Below are positions 7,922 to 18,374 of a DNA stretch of 64,000 nt, piece by piece. The stretch lies in assembly GCA_050789065.1 (NCBI GenBank), contig JBOZRS010000045.1, positions 73,875-137,874 on the forward strand. The letters are read 5' to 3'. Below the pieces are notes generated by a model, which made no database searches, had not been told where the DNA came from, and was given only the letters and a program-made list of their open reading frames with translations. This DNA is from Microvirga sp. GTDB lineage: Bacteria; Pseudomonadota; Alphaproteobacteria; Rhizobiales; Beijerinckiaceae. Both the position numbers and the translations under genes were made by a program. Each line of letters opens with the position of its first letter. Positions within the stretch are counted from its first letter, which is position 1.

Positions 7922-10042
7922 CTAACCGGCCCTGAGCAGCTTGATCGCGGAATCGCGCTCGAACAGGTAGAGCAGCACGCGCAGGGCCTGGCCTCGTTCT
8001 GTCACGAGGTCGGGGTCGCGGTCCACGATCAGGCGGGCATCGTCCCGCGCGGCTGCGAGCAGATCGCCATCCACTTCGAGACGGGCGAGCTTGAAGCCGG
8101 GAAGGCCTGACTGACGGGTGCCCAGAACCTCGCCTTCGCCGCGAAGACGAAGGTCCTCCTCCGCAATCCGGAATCCGTCCTCGGTCTGGCGCATCATCTC
8201 GAGGCGCGCCTGGGCAACCTGCCCGAGGGGGCCTTTGTAGACGAGAAGGCAGGTCGAGGAGCGCGAGCCGCGCCCGATACGCCCGCGCAACTGGTGCAGC
8301 TGGGCCAGGCCGAACCGTTCCGCGTGCTCGATCACCATGATGGTGGCATTGGGCACGTCCACGCCCACCTCAATCACGGTCGTGGAGACGAGGATCTTGG
8401 TCTCGCCGCGCGAGAACCGCTCCATGGCGGCGTCCTTGTCCTTGCCGGCCAGCTTGCCATGCACGAGACCGACCTGCTCGCCGAAGATTCCCTTCAACTG
8501 CTCGTAGCGCTCCTCGGCAGCGGCGAGATCGATGGTTTCGGATTCGCCCACGAGGGGGCAGACCCAGTAGATCTGGTCGCCATTGGCCATGGCCCGCCCG
8601 ATCCCGCCGATGACCTCGTCGAGGCGCTCGATGGAGATCAGCTTCGTCGCAATGGGCTTGCGGCCTGCGGGCTTCTCGCTCAGGACCGAGACGTCCATGT
8701 CGCCGAAATAGGTGAGCGCCAGGGTTCGCGGAATCGGCGTCGCCGTCATGACGAGAATATCGACCGCCTCGCCCTTGGACCCAAGCGCCAGACGCTGGTG
8801 GACGCCGAAACGGTGCTGCTCATCGACCACCGCGACCCCGAGATCATTGAAGGCGACGCCCTCCTGGAACAGCGCATGGGTCCCGACGGCGATCTGGATG
8901 CTGCCGTCCGCCAATCCTTCGAGGACCGTGCGGCGCGCAACGCCTTTCTCCCGTCCCGTCAGGAGTGCAATCGTCAAGCCTGCAGCCTCGGCCATGGGAG
9001 CGATGCGCTCGTAGTGCTGGCGGGCCAGGATCTCGGTCGGGGCCATCATGGCGGCCTGACGCCCTGCCTCGATGGCGCTCGCCATGGTGAGAAGCCCGAC
9101 CACGGTCTTGCCCGAGCCCACGTCACCCTGCAGGAGCCGCAGCATCTTCTTGTCGGACACGAGATCACGGCGGATGTCCTCGATGGCCAGAGCCTGCGAT
9201 GCCGTGAGCCCGAAGGGCAGGGCGCTCTTCAGTCGCTCGACCAGATGGCCGTCCCCTGCATTCACCCGGCCGGGCAGCCGCCGCATGCGGCTCCTGACCA
9301 GGGCCAGGGCGAGCTGGGAGGCCAACAGTTCATCATAGGCTAGGCGGCGTCGTGGCGCTGACTTCGCGAGAGCTTCCTCGGAGAGCTGCGCCGCATTGTC
9401 GGGCCTATGGAGGGTCGAGAGCGCCGTTCCGAAATCAGGCAGGGCATTGCGGCTTAGCCAAGCCGGATCCTGCCATTCGGGCAGATGCGGAACCCGTTCC
9501 AGGGCTGCGCCGATATAGCGGCCCACCATGCGCGACGAGAGGCCCTCTGTCAGCCCATAGACCGCCTCCACGGCCGGAAGGTTCTCGATCCCGCGTTCAT
9601 CGAGGATGCGGTCCGGGTGAACCATCTGGCGCGTCGCGTCCCACAGCTCGATCTTGCCCGAGACGTAGCGGCGCTCCCCGACAGGCAGGAGTTTTTCCAG
9701 GCGAGCCTTCTGCCCGTTGAAGAACACGAGCACGACATCCCCCGTCTCGTCCTCGACGAGGATGCGGTAGGGGGCGCGGCGGCCTGGAGGCGGGGGCCGG
9801 TGGGCCACGACCGTGACCGACAGCGTGACCGGCTCGCCGATGGGCGCATCGGCAATCGAGCCCTTCATCTCGCGGGACACGCCGCTGCTCGGCAGATGAA
9901 ACAGCAGATCCATGACGCGCGTGGGGCGTCCGGGCTCGCCGAGGAGCCGATCCAGGAGGGGCGCGATCTTGGGACCCACCCCTGGCAGCGTGGCAGCCGG
10001 CGCAAAAAGCGGGTCGAGAATGGAAGGACGCAATGACATCAA
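7922..10042 (-). CDS. recG: ATP-dependent DNA helicase RecG
   Basis: 706-aa ORF. Wedge domain plus SF2 helicase motifs GDVGSGKTVV and VVDEQHRFG. Confidence 0.95.
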   Translation of the reverse strand: MMSLRPSILDPLFAPAATLPGVGPKIAPLLDRLLGEPGRPTRVMDLLFHLPSSGVSREMKGSIADAPIGEPVTLSVTVVAHRPPPPGRRAPYRILVEDETGDVVLVFFNGQKARLEKLLPVGERRYVSGKIELWDATRQMVHPDRILDERGIENLPAVEAVYGLTEGLSSRMVGRYIGAALERVPHLPEWQDPAWLSRNALPDFGTALSTLHRPDNAAQLSEEALAKSAPRRRLAYDELLASQLALALVRSRMRRLPGRVNAGDGHLVERLKSALPFGLTASQALAIEDIRRDLVSDKKMLRLLQGDVGSGKTVVGLLTMASAIEAGRQAAMMAPTEILARQHYERIAPMAEAAGLTIALLTGREKGVARRTVLEGLADGSIQIAVGTHALFQEGVAFNDLGVAVVDEQHRFGVHQRLALGSKGEAVDILVMTATPIPRTLALTYFGDMDVSVLSEKPAGRKPIATKLISIERLDEVIGGIGRAMANGDQIYWVCPLVGESETIDLAAAEERYEQLKGIFGEQVGLVHGKLAGKDKDAAMERFSRGETKILVSTTVIEVGVDVPNATIMVIEHAERFGLAQLHQLRGRIGRGSRSSTCLLVYKGPLGQVAQARLEMMRQTEDGFRIAEEDLRLRGEGEVLGTRQSGLPGFKLARLEVDGDLLAAARDDARLIVDRDPDLVTERGQALRVLLYLFERDSAIKLLRAG

Positions 10043-10127
10043 ACGGGTAGCAACTCAGAGGGAGATGTTTATATAGCGGCCAAGCCGCCTCGAGGCGACG
10101 ACATCTTTGAACGAGCGGAGTCCCTTC

Positions 10128-10424
10128 ATGAGCGGAACCACACGCACCAGCGCCGGCCTCGATGTCCGCCGCCGGCAACTCCTCTTCCGGGCCTGGCATC
10201 GCGGCATGCGCGAGATGGACCTGATCATGGGCCGCTTCGCCGATGTGGAGATCGGCACTCTGTCCGAGGAGGATCTGACGGAGTTCGAGCGGCTGATCGA
10301 AGTGCCGGACCGGGATCTTCTGGGCTGGATCACCGGCGAAATCGAAACGCCTTCGAACTACGATACCGCGCTGTTCCGGCGCCTGAAGGGCTTCCATACC
10401 CACACGTCGCCGATCCACAGCTGA
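10128..10424 (+). CDS. sdhE: FAD assembly factor SdhE (succinate dehydrogenase assembly factor 2 family)
   Basis: Contains RRRQLLFRAWHRGMREMDLIMGRF, the SdhE/DUF339 core. Start moved to ATG 10128, which has GGAG 7 nt upstream. Sits between recG and mfd, as is usual in alphaproteobacteria. Confidence 0.8.
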   Translation: MSGTTRTSAGLDVRRRQLLFRAWHRGMREMDLIMGRFADVEIGTLSEEDLTEFERLIEVPDRDLLGWITGEIETPSNYDTALFRRLKGFHTHTSPIHS

Positions 10425-10433
10425 CGCCTTTTG

Positions 10434-10528
10434 TCATTCCCGGCGGTCCGCAGGTCGGGAAGGGGATCCGCACAGACCTGCTGCGGCTATGGATTCCCTC
10501 CTCCGCAACGCTCCGCCCGGGAATGACG
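10434..10528. repeat. Second full copy (about 95 bp) of the palindromic element seen at 7817-7913
   Basis: Runs GTCATTCCCGGCGGTCCGCAGGTCGGGAAGGGGATCC...TGGATTCCC...CCCGGGAATGAC. Terminal inverted repeat GTCATTCCCGG / CCGGGAATGAC. Confidence 0.7.
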
Positions 10529-10602
10529 CTTGAAAACCTTTGAATAATCCACGAACCGGGCCGAAAGGCCCGCGTTCTCCATTGATTGACCGACAATCCG
10601 CC

Positions 10603-13600
10603 ATGAAGCCTGCACTGATCCGCGCTCTCGATGCCCTGAAGAAGGGCCAAGGTCTGACGCTGTCCAGCGTTCCGGACGGCTTTGACGCGCTCGCCGTCGC
10701 CGATCTGGCGCGCGGCCTGTCCGGGCAGATCGAAGGTCCGGCGGTCCTCGTGCACGTCGCCCGCGACGGCCAGAGACAGCAGAATTTCGCCAACAGTCTC
10801 GGCTTCATCGCGCCGGAGATCGAAATCCTCACGTTTCCTGCATGGGACTGCCAGCCTTACGACCGGGTCTCGCCCAATGCGGCGATCACCGCGCAGCGCA
10901 TGACGACCCTGGCGCGGCTTGCCCGCTCGAAGACCTCCGAGGACAAGCCGCGTATCCTCTCGACCACCGTGAACGCCCTCGTCCAGCGGGTGCCCCCGAA
11001 GGCCCGTATCGCGGCCGAGACCTTTTCGGCCGCTCCCGGAAACGTGGTGGATACGAACCAGCTCATCAACTGGCTTGAGACCAACGGCTTCCTGCGGACC
11101 GGAACGGTGCGGGACACTGGAGAATACGCCGTGCGCGGCGGCATCATCGACCTGTATCCGGCGGGGCTGCCCAACCCGGTACGCCTCGACTTCTTCGGCG
11201 ATGCCCTGGAGTCGATCCGCTCCTTCGACCCGGAGACTCAGCGCACCGTCGGCACCCTGCGCGCGCTCGATCTCGTCCCCATGAGCGAGGTCCAGCTGAC
11301 CACCGAGAGCATCAGGCGGTTCCGCCAGTCATACGTGGCTGCCTTCGGGGCCCCGACCCGTGACGACCGGCTCTATGAAGCGATCAGCGAGGGACGGCGT
11401 TATCCGGGCCTGGAACATTGGCTGCCGCTCTTCCACGATCACCTCGATACGCTTCTCGACTATGTGCCCGGCATTCCCGTCGTCTTCGACGCGCTGGCCG
11501 ACGACGCGGCCGCCGAGCGCCTGTCGCAGGTTAAGGATTATTACGATGCGCGGCGTGAGGGGATGGGCCAGAACCAGCCCGGCGTCGCTCCCTATCGGCC
11601 TCTGCCGTCGGAGGCGCTTTATTTCAAGCCGGACGAGTGGGCCGAGCGCACCGCGGCCTTGCCGCTCGCGCGGTTGACACCCTTCGCGATTCCGGAATCG
11701 GAGGGGCGCCTCGTCATTGATTGCGGCGCGCGCCGGGGGCGCAACTTTATCGCAGAGCGGGCAGACGAGAACGCGAATGTCTTCGAGGCCGTCATTCGCC
11801 ACATCCGCGACCTGCAGGCCTCGAAGCACCGGGTGATCCTCGGCGCGTGGTCGGAGGGCTCGCGCGAACGCCTGTGCCACGTGCTGCAGGATCATGATCT
11901 TCGCCAGACCAAGCCGATTTCCCGGCTCTCGGAAGCCATGGCGTATCCCCGGAACGAGGTTCCGGTGGCGGTGTGGAGCCTTGAGTCAGGGTTCGAAACG
12001 GACGATATGGCGGTCATTAGCGAGCAGGACATCCTGGGCGACCGGCTTGTGCGCCAGAAGCGCAAGTCCAAGCGTCCGCAGGATTTTCTGACCGAGGTAG
12101 CGGCCCTCACGCCCGGGGATCTCGTGGTTCATGTGGATCACGGGATCGGCCGCTTCGAGGGGCTTAAGACCATCGAGGCGGCGGGCGCCCCACACGACTG
12201 TCTTGAGCTGCATTACGCCGGTGGCGACCGGCTCTTCCTGCCCGTCGAGAACATCGAACTCCTGACCCGTTACGGATCGGAGGAGACGGAAGTCCAGCTC
12301 GACAAGCTCGGCGGCGGAGCCTGGCAGGCGCGCAAGGCGCGCATGAAGCAGCGCATCCGCGAGATGGCCGGCGCGCTCATGAAGATCGCCGCCGCCCGTA
12401 TTCTCAAGGAAGCACCGCGCCTGACGCCCCCGGAAGGGCTCTACGACGAATTCGCCGCCCGCTTCCCCTATGACGAGACCGAGGACCAGCTGAACGCGAT
12501 CGAGGCGGTGCTGGACGACATGGCCTCAGGCCGTCCGATGGACCGGCTCGTCTGCGGCGATGTCGGCTTCGGCAAGACGGAGGTGGCGCTTCGCGCCGCT
12601 TTCGTGGCGGCCATGAGCGGGAAGCAGGTGGCTGTCGTGGTGCCGACCACCCTGCTGGCCCGTCAGCACTACAAGACCTTCTGCGAGCGCTTCCGTGGTC
12701 TTCCGCTCAACGTGGCGCAGGCCTCCCGATTCGTGCCCGCTGCCGAGATGAAGAGGGTCAAGGAGGGCCTTTCCGACGGGTCGGTGGATATCGTCATCGG
12801 CACCCACGCAGTCCTGGGCAAGTCGATCAAGTTCAAGGATCTCGGCCTTATCATCGTCGACGAGGAGCAGCATTTCGGCGTCACCCACAAGGAGCGCCTC
12901 AAGGAGCTGCGGGCCGAGGTTCACGTGTTGACTCTGTCAGCCACGCCGATTCCGCGCACTCTGCAACTGGCGCTGACCGGAGTGCGGGAGCTCTCACTCA
13001 TTACGACGCCGCCGGTGGACCGCCTTGCGGTGCGAACCTTCATCACCCCCTTCGATCCGCTCCTGATCCGCGAAGCTCTGCTTCGCGAGCGTTACAGGGG
13101 AGGGCAGGCCTTCTACGTGGTGCCGCGCCTCGACGATCTGGGCGAGGTGAAGGCCTTCCTCGACAAGGAAGTACCCGAGGCGAAGGTCGCGGTCGCGCAT
13201 GGTCAGATGGCCGCAGGCCAGCTCGAGGACGTGATGACGGCCTTCTACGAGGGCCAGTACGACATCCTCCTCTCCACCACCATCGTGGAGTCGGGCCTGG
13301 ATATTCCGACGGCCAACACGCTCATCGTCCACCGGGCCGACATGTTCGGTCTGGCCCAGCTCTACCAGCTGCGCGGCCGGGTCGGGCGTTCGAAGACCCG
13401 CGCCTACGCCCTGTTCACCGTGCCGGCCAACAAGCCGATGACGGTTCAGGCAGAGCGCCGCCTCAAGGTTCTGCAGACCCTCGATACTCTGGGCGCGGGC
13501 TTCCAGCTGGCTTCCCACGACCTCGACATCCGCGGCGCGGGCAACCTGCTGGGCGAGGAGCAGTCGGGCCACATCAAGGAGGTCGGTTACGAACTCTATC

Positions 13601-14124
13601 AGCAGATGCTGGAGGAGGCCGTGGCTCAGCTCAAAGCCGGCATCGAGGAGCCGGCGGAGGATCAGTGGTCGCCCACCATCGCGGTCGGAGCGCCGGTCAT
13701 GATCCCGGAGAGCTACATCTCCGATCTGCAGCTGCGATTGGGGCTGTATCGCCGCCTGTCGACCTTCGAGGCGGATGGCGAGATCGACGCTTTCCGGGCA
13801 GAACTCATCGATCGGTTCGGGCCAGTCCCCTCCGAGGTCGATCAGCTGCTGAGGATCATGGCAATCAAGGTTCTCTGCCGCAGGGCGAACGTGGAGAAGG
13901 TGGACGGCGGGCCAAAGGGCATCATCATCTCCTTCCGCGACAACGCCTTCGCCAATCCGACCGGTCTCATCTCCTATGTGTCCGAGCAGGCCTCTTTCGC
14001 CAAGGTTCGCCCCGACATGAAGATCGTGTTCGTCCGCGACGTGGAGACGCCTGACGAGCGCATCAAGGCCGCGACGTCCATCCTGCGCAATCTCGTGCGG
14101 ATCGCCGAGAAGAAGGCCGCATGA
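10603..14124 (+). CDS. mfd: Transcription-repair coupling factor
   Basis: Helicase motifs GDVGFGKTEVALRAAF and IVDEEQHFGV, plus UvrB-homology N-terminus and TRCF C-terminus. Start taken at MKPALIRAL; the longest ORF begins at 10540, inside the repeat element. Confidence 0.93.
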   Translation: MKPALIRALDALKKGQGLTLSSVPDGFDALAVADLARGLSGQIEGPAVLVHVARDGQRQQNFANSLGFIAPEIEILTFPAWDCQPYDRVSPNAAITAQRMTTLARLARSKTSEDKPRILSTTVNALVQRVPPKARIAAETFSAAPGNVVDTNQLINWLETNGFLRTGTVRDTGEYAVRGGIIDLYPAGLPNPVRLDFFGDALESIRSFDPETQRTVGTLRALDLVPMSEVQLTTESIRRFRQSYVAAFGAPTRDDRLYEAISEGRRYPGLEHWLPLFHDHLDTLLDYVPGIPVVFDALADDAAAERLSQVKDYYDARREGMGQNQPGVAPYRPLPSEALYFKPDEWAERTAALPLARLTPFAIPESEGRLVIDCGARRGRNFIAERADENANVFEAVIRHIRDLQASKHRVILGAWSEGSRERLCHVLQDHDLRQTKPISRLSEAMAYPRNEVPVAVWSLESGFETDDMAVISEQDILGDRLVRQKRKSKRPQDFLTEVAALTPGDLVVHVDHGIGRFEGLKTIEAAGAPHDCLELHYAGGDRLFLPVENIELLTRYGSEETEVQLDKLGGGAWQARKARMKQRIREMAGALMKIAAARILKEAPRLTPPEGLYDEFAARFPYDETEDQLNAIEAVLDDMASGRPMDRLVCGDVGFGKTEVALRAAFVAAMSGKQVAVVVPTTLLARQHYKTFCERFRGLPLNVAQASRFVPAAEMKRVKEGLSDGSVDIVIGTHAVLGKSIKFKDLGLIIVDEEQHFGVTHKERLKELRAEVHVLTLSATPIPRTLQLALTGVRELSLITTPPVDRLAVRTFITPFDPLLIREALLRERYRGGQAFYVVPRLDDLGEVKAFLDKEVPEAKVAVAHGQMAAGQLEDVMTAFYEGQYDILLSTTIVESGLDIPTANTLIVHRADMFGLAQLYQLRGRVGRSKTRAYALFTVPANKPMTVQAERRLKVLQTLDTLGAGFQLASHDLDIRGAGNLLGEEQSGHIKEVGYELYQQMLEEAVAQLKAGIEEPAEDQWSPTIAVGAPVMIPESYISDLQLRLGLYRRLSTFEADGEIDAFRAELIDRFGPVPSEVDQLLRIMAIKVLCRRANVEKVDGGPKGIIISFRDNAFANPTGLISYVSEQASFAKVRPDMKIVFVRDVETPDERIKAATSILRNLVRIAEKKAA

Positions 14125-14149
14125 ACCGCGAGCATCCGGGCCGGCCCTC

Positions 14150-15022
14150 ATGACGTCGCACGCCTGGGCTGTCGTCGAAGATGGAGCCTTGGTGGCGGCT
14201 CACGGCGCCACCAGGATCGTGCCGTGGTGGAGCTTCACGAAGACCATTCTGGCGGCTGCGGCCCTCGTCCTCGTTCGGGACGGCCTCGGGGCACTGGACG
14301 AACCGCTCACAGTCCGGCGCTACACCCTCCGGCACTTGCTCCAACACCGTTCTGGCCTGACGGATTATGGAGGGTATCCCGCCTATCACGAAGCAGTTGA
14401 ACGAGGCGATGATCCTTGGGCAGTGCCCGCTCTTCTCGAAACGGTCGAGGCGGACCGGCTCCGCTACGAGCCAGGCGAGGGGTGGGGATATTCCAATGTT
14501 GGTTATCTGTTCGTGAGACAGTGGATCGAGGCGCGGACCGGCGAGAGCCTTCATGCCGCCCTCGGCCGTCTCGTCCTGAAGCCGCTCGGCATTACCGTTG
14601 CCCATATCGCCCTTGAGCCTGTGGATCTCCAAGGTGTCGATATGGGCGGTGCCCAGGGCTATCACCCGGGCTGGGTCTATCATGGGCTGATAGTGGGGCC
14701 GGTTGCCGAGGCGGCACTACTCCTCGCCCGCCTCATGGCAGGGCACCTGCTGCCGGACGGACTCCTGAAGGAGATACTGAAATCTTACGCGTTGCCCGGC
14801 CCGGTTCCCGGCAGACCATGGGCGGCTCCCGGCTACGGGCTTGGCGTCATGGTCGGAGAGACGTCGGCTTCGGTTAAAGTCGCCGGGCATTCGGGCGGTG
14901 GGCCCGGCAGCACGATCGCGGTTTATCACGCCATGTCAGGAGGGCTCAGGCGCACGGCCGCTTCGTTTGTCGCGAGTGAGGACCTCGCCCACACTGAAGA
15001 AAAGACGCTCGAACTCTTGTGA
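14150..15022 (+). CDS. Serine hydrolase (beta-lactamase/transpeptidase-like family)
   Basis: 290-aa ORF with an S-x-x-K motif (WSFTKT) near the N-terminus. Confidence 0.7.
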   Translation: MTSHAWAVVEDGALVAAHGATRIVPWWSFTKTILAAAALVLVRDGLGALDEPLTVRRYTLRHLLQHRSGLTDYGGYPAYHEAVERGDDPWAVPALLETVEADRLRYEPGEGWGYSNVGYLFVRQWIEARTGESLHAALGRLVLKPLGITVAHIALEPVDLQGVDMGGAQGYHPGWVYHGLIVGPVAEAALLLARLMAGHLLPDGLLKEILKSYALPGPVPGRPWAAPGYGLGVMVGETSASVKVAGHSGGGPGSTIAVYHAMSGGLRRTAASFVASEDLAHTEEKTLELL

Positions 15023-15031
15023 GTCTCCAGC

Positions 15032-15376
15032 TCAGAGTTCGTGCGCGACGGCACGCTGGGCGTTCAGCTCGTTCTGCAACATTGTCACTGCGCCGTTCAC
15101 GCCACCGGTCACGATGACCGGGATGCGGCTGGAGGCCAGGGTTTTACGCAGACGGTTGGCGAGTTCCAGGAAGCGGCGGCGTTCGGACCAATCTGCTCGT
15201 ACGGGCATTTGAAGGACAACGGCGACAGGGCTCGGAATCAGAGCCAGAACATCATCCGCAGCTTCGAAAGGGGCAGTCACGCTCGCATAGCCCATGCCGG
15301 CCAACTCCGCCGAGAGGGCGCTATCGGGAGCGCGCTCGCCGTTGTCGACGACGAGAACCTTCTGCATTCCGTTCAT
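15032..15376 (-). CDS. Hypothetical protein with a degenerate receiver (CheY-like) pattern
   Basis: KVLVVDNGE ... VAVVLQMPV ... IPVIVTGG follows the beta1/beta3/beta4 spacing of a receiver domain. The phospho-acceptor position is Gln and the acidic pair is DN. Start inferred at the M21 codon. Confidence 0.45.
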   Translation of the reverse strand: MNGMQKVLVVDNGERAPDSALSAELAGMGYASVTAPFEAADDVLALIPSPVAVVLQMPVRADWSERRRFLELANRLRKTLASSRIPVIVTGGVNGAVTMLQNELNAQRAVAHEL

Positions 15377-15497
15377 GACAGGACCCTGCGGTAAAACGCG
15401 ACAGCTAAGAAGTGAGAGCACTGTGCTCAACGCCAAGCCGCCGCATTTGTTTCATGGGCTACATGAACGCAAGCTCAACAGTAAATGTGGCCATTTT

Positions 15498-17318
15498 TCA
15501 GGGACCTCGGTGCGGCTGCCGCCACCAAGTATCAATGTTCGCGCCGAACAGCGGAGTTCGGCCCGGTCTCCCGAGCGAGCTGTCGAAGGCAAGCCATTGG
15601 TCTTTTACGTAAAAGAGAGGCACCACATAGAAGCCTGACAGCAGGACACGGTCGAGCGCCCGAACGGCCGAAACGAAGTCTTCCCGGGTCTTTGCCTCCA
15701 GCAGGGCGTCGATCATGTGATCGATGGCGGGAGAGGCCGCGCCGGCATAGTTGAGAGACCCGCTCCTTTGGGCAGCGTCCGTTCCCCAACGGTTGCGCTG
15801 CTCATTGCCGGGGGAGGCCGAGGCAGGCCAGGAGCGCTGGACCATGTCGAAGTCGAACTGGGCCATGCGCCGCCAGTACTGCACGTCATCCACGAGCCGG
15901 ACGTTGGCCCTGATGCCGATCCGGGCAAGGGATTGGGAGTAGTTCAGGGCCAGCCGCTCCTGCTGACGCGAGTTGACCAGGATCTCGAAGGTGAACGGCT
16001 CGCCGGTCTCCTTCCGCCGGAGGACATTGTCGTCGAGGATCCACCCTGCCTGCCCGAGAAGGTCGAGGGCATGACGGGCCGTATCGCGATCCCGGCCTGA
16101 ACCGTCGGATTCTGGCGGGGTCCAGCGCCCCTCCAAAATATCCTGCCTGACGGCATCCGGAAACGGTCCGAGGAGCATCCGCTCGCGCGGGTCGGCCGCC
16201 CGTCCGGCGGAGGACAGGTCGGATCCGGCGAAATAGCTGTCGGAGCGTGTGAGCAGCCCGAAGAAGAGATTCCGGTTCGCCCAGTCGAAATCGAAAAGGT
16301 ATCCGAGTGCCTCCCGGACCCGGGCATCGCTGAAGAGAGGCCGACGGGTATTGAAGGCGAAGCCATTCATGCCCTTGGGCAAGCCGACCGGCAGCGTCTC
16401 GCGGACGACCCTGCCATTCCTGACCGAAGGAAAATCGTAGCCTGTCGCCCAGCGGCCAGGGTCGTCCTCGAACCTGAAGTCATAGAGGCCGGCCTTGAAG
16501 GCCTCGAACAGGCTGTTGGAATCGCGATAGAAATCGTAACGGATCTCCTCGAAATTATAGAGACCGCGTGTGATCGGCAGATTCTCGCCCCAATAATCCT
16601 TGCGGCGGTGCAGGACGATGCGCTCTCCGGGGCGGACCTCGGCGATGGTGTAGGGGCCGGAGCCGATGGGAGGAATAAGGGTGGTCCGGTCGAAAGTCTC
16701 CGGATTCGTGGCATGGGCCGGGAAAATCGGCATCGTCGCGATGATGAGGGGCAGTTCCCGATCATTGGAGCCCGACAGGTCGAACCGAATGCGATGGGGC
16801 GACATCACCTCGATCGCCTTAACCTGCCCGAAGCTCGAGCGGTGAAAGGGCTTTCCGTACTTTCTCAGCAGGTCGAAGGTGAAGCGTACATCCTCCGCCG
16901 TCAGCGGATGTCCGTCGGAAAAGCGGGCTCTGGGATCGAGGTTGAAGGCGACGAAGCTCCGGTCGTCCGGCATCTCTACCGAGCGGGCGATGAGGCCGTA
17001 GACCGTGAAGGGCTCGTCCTGAGACCGGATCATCAGGCTCTGGAGCACGTAACGCGGGACCGCATCCGGAGCGACGCCCAGCACAATCAGGGGATTGAGG
17101 CTGTCGAATGTGCCCTGGAGCGCGAGGGTGATTCGGCCTCCCTTCGGCGCGTCAGGATTGGCATAGGGCAGGTGGTCGAAGCCTGAACCGAGCGCAGGCT
17201 CGCCGTGCATGGCGATGCCATGCCGCAGCTCCTCCGCACTCGGTGCGGTGCAAAGCCCCAAGCCCTCCAGTACCAAGAAGGACAGGAGCAGAAAGGTTTT
17301 CGCCAGCCTGCGGCCCAT
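15498..17318 (-). CDS. ABC transporter substrate-binding protein, family 5 (peptide/YejA-like), orphan
   Basis: About 606 aa with a signal peptide (MGRRLAKTFLLLSFLVLEGLG) and family-5 SBP architecture. No adjacent permease or ATPase genes. Confidence 0.8.
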   Translation of the reverse strand: MGRRLAKTFLLLSFLVLEGLGLCTAPSAEELRHGIAMHGEPALGSGFDHLPYANPDAPKGGRITLALQGTFDSLNPLIVLGVAPDAVPRYVLQSLMIRSQDEPFTVYGLIARSVEMPDDRSFVAFNLDPRARFSDGHPLTAEDVRFTFDLLRKYGKPFHRSSFGQVKAIEVMSPHRIRFDLSGSNDRELPLIIATMPIFPAHATNPETFDRTTLIPPIGSGPYTIAEVRPGERIVLHRRKDYWGENLPITRGLYNFEEIRYDFYRDSNSLFEAFKAGLYDFRFEDDPGRWATGYDFPSVRNGRVVRETLPVGLPKGMNGFAFNTRRPLFSDARVREALGYLFDFDWANRNLFFGLLTRSDSYFAGSDLSSAGRAADPRERMLLGPFPDAVRQDILEGRWTPPESDGSGRDRDTARHALDLLGQAGWILDDNVLRRKETGEPFTFEILVNSRQQERLALNYSQSLARIGIRANVRLVDDVQYWRRMAQFDFDMVQRSWPASASPGNEQRNRWGTDAAQRSGSLNYAGAASPAIDHMIDALLEAKTREDFVSAVRALDRVLLSGFYVVPLFYVKDQWLAFDSSLGRPGRTPLFGANIDTWWRQPHRGP

Positions 17319-17539
17319 GACGCTCCCGGGACGAAACGGCCCGTTGCAGTGGGGGAACATTGTAAAGAAAGTTACTCCGAGTCACTGGAAACCTATTCCA
17401 TGAAAGGTTAAAGGAGCGCCATACGTCATGTCTTCGCCTCAATCGGCAAAGATTCACCGTCCCATCACAGGTCAAGAACACACCGAACTATATGGCCCGT
17501 CCAAAAGGCCGACCTTTCGACTGAAGAGGATCTAAAGAT

Positions 17540-18307
17540 ATGTCATTCGCGACACGCCTCGCGAGCCTGGGGGGTACCCGTGGTCTGGCGACCGCTCTGG
17601 CCCTTCTGGTGAGCGCGCCCGTTCTGGCTCAGAATGCTCCCGCCCAGAAGCCGGCGGCACCGGCCAAGCCCGCTGCTCCTGCGCAGGGCCAGCAGGCCCA
17701 GCCGCAGCAGCAGACGGGCCCGATGGTCGTCCAGGTGAAGGCCGAGCCTTCCCAGCCGGAATGGACCAAGGTCTGCGGCAAGGACCAGAACACCAACACC
17801 GAGATCTGCTACACCACCCGCGACTTCGTGACGGATCAGGGTCAGCCGGCCCTCGCCATGGCCGTCTACGACGTAAAGGGCCCGCAGCCCCAGAAGGTCG
17901 TCCGCTTCGTGATGCCGTTGGGCCTCCTGCTGCAGCCGGGCCTGCGTTTCGCCGTCGATCAGGGCCAGCCGACCCCCGGCCGCTATGTGATGTGCCTTCC
18001 GAACGGCTGCTTCGCCGAGGCTCAGGTGAAGGACGATTTCGTCGCCTCCCTCAAGAAGGGTGCGAACCTGAACGTCAGCGTCCAGAACCAGATGGGCCGC
18101 GAGCTCACCTTCGCCGTTCCGGCGGCAGGCTTCGGCAAGGCTTTCGACGGTCCTCCGATCGACCCGAAGGTTCTCGAGGAACAGCAGAAGAAGCTTCAGG
18201 AAGAGCTTCAGAAGAAGAGCGAGGAGATGCGCCAGAAGCTGCTCAACAGCGGTGCTGGTGCCGGCGGCGCTGCAGCCCCGAGCGCTCAGGCTGCTCCCAA
18301 GCCGTAA
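17540..18307 (+). CDS. Invasion-associated locus B (IalB) family protein
   Basis: Signal peptide, Pro/Ala/Gln-rich linker, paired Cys motifs (KVCGKD...EICYT, MCLPNGC) typical of IalB proteins, and a charged coiled C-terminus. Confidence 0.8.
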   Translation: MSFATRLASLGGTRGLATALALLVSAPVLAQNAPAQKPAAPAKPAAPAQGQQAQPQQQTGPMVVQVKAEPSQPEWTKVCGKDQNTNTEICYTTRDFVTDQGQPALAMAVYDVKGPQPQKVVRFVMPLGLLLQPGLRFAVDQGQPTPGRYVMCLPNGCFAEAQVKDDFVASLKKGANLNVSVQNQMGRELTFAVPAAGFGKAFDGPPIDPKVLEEQQKKLQEELQKKSEEMRQKLLNSGAGAGGAAAPSAQAAPKP

Positions 18308-18337
18308 GCTTCCGATCTTTTTCGGGCAAAAAGAAAT

Positions 18338-18370
18338 GCCGGGCTCCACAGGGCCCGGCGTTTTGGTTTC
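18338..18370. terminator. Bidirectional rho-independent terminator between ialB-like gene and hspQ
   Basis: Stem GCCGGGC (18338-18344) / GCCCGGC (18353-18359). GTTTTGGTTT follows on the + strand and ATTTCTTTTTG follows on the - strand. Confidence 0.7.
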
Positions 18371-18374
18371 GGCC

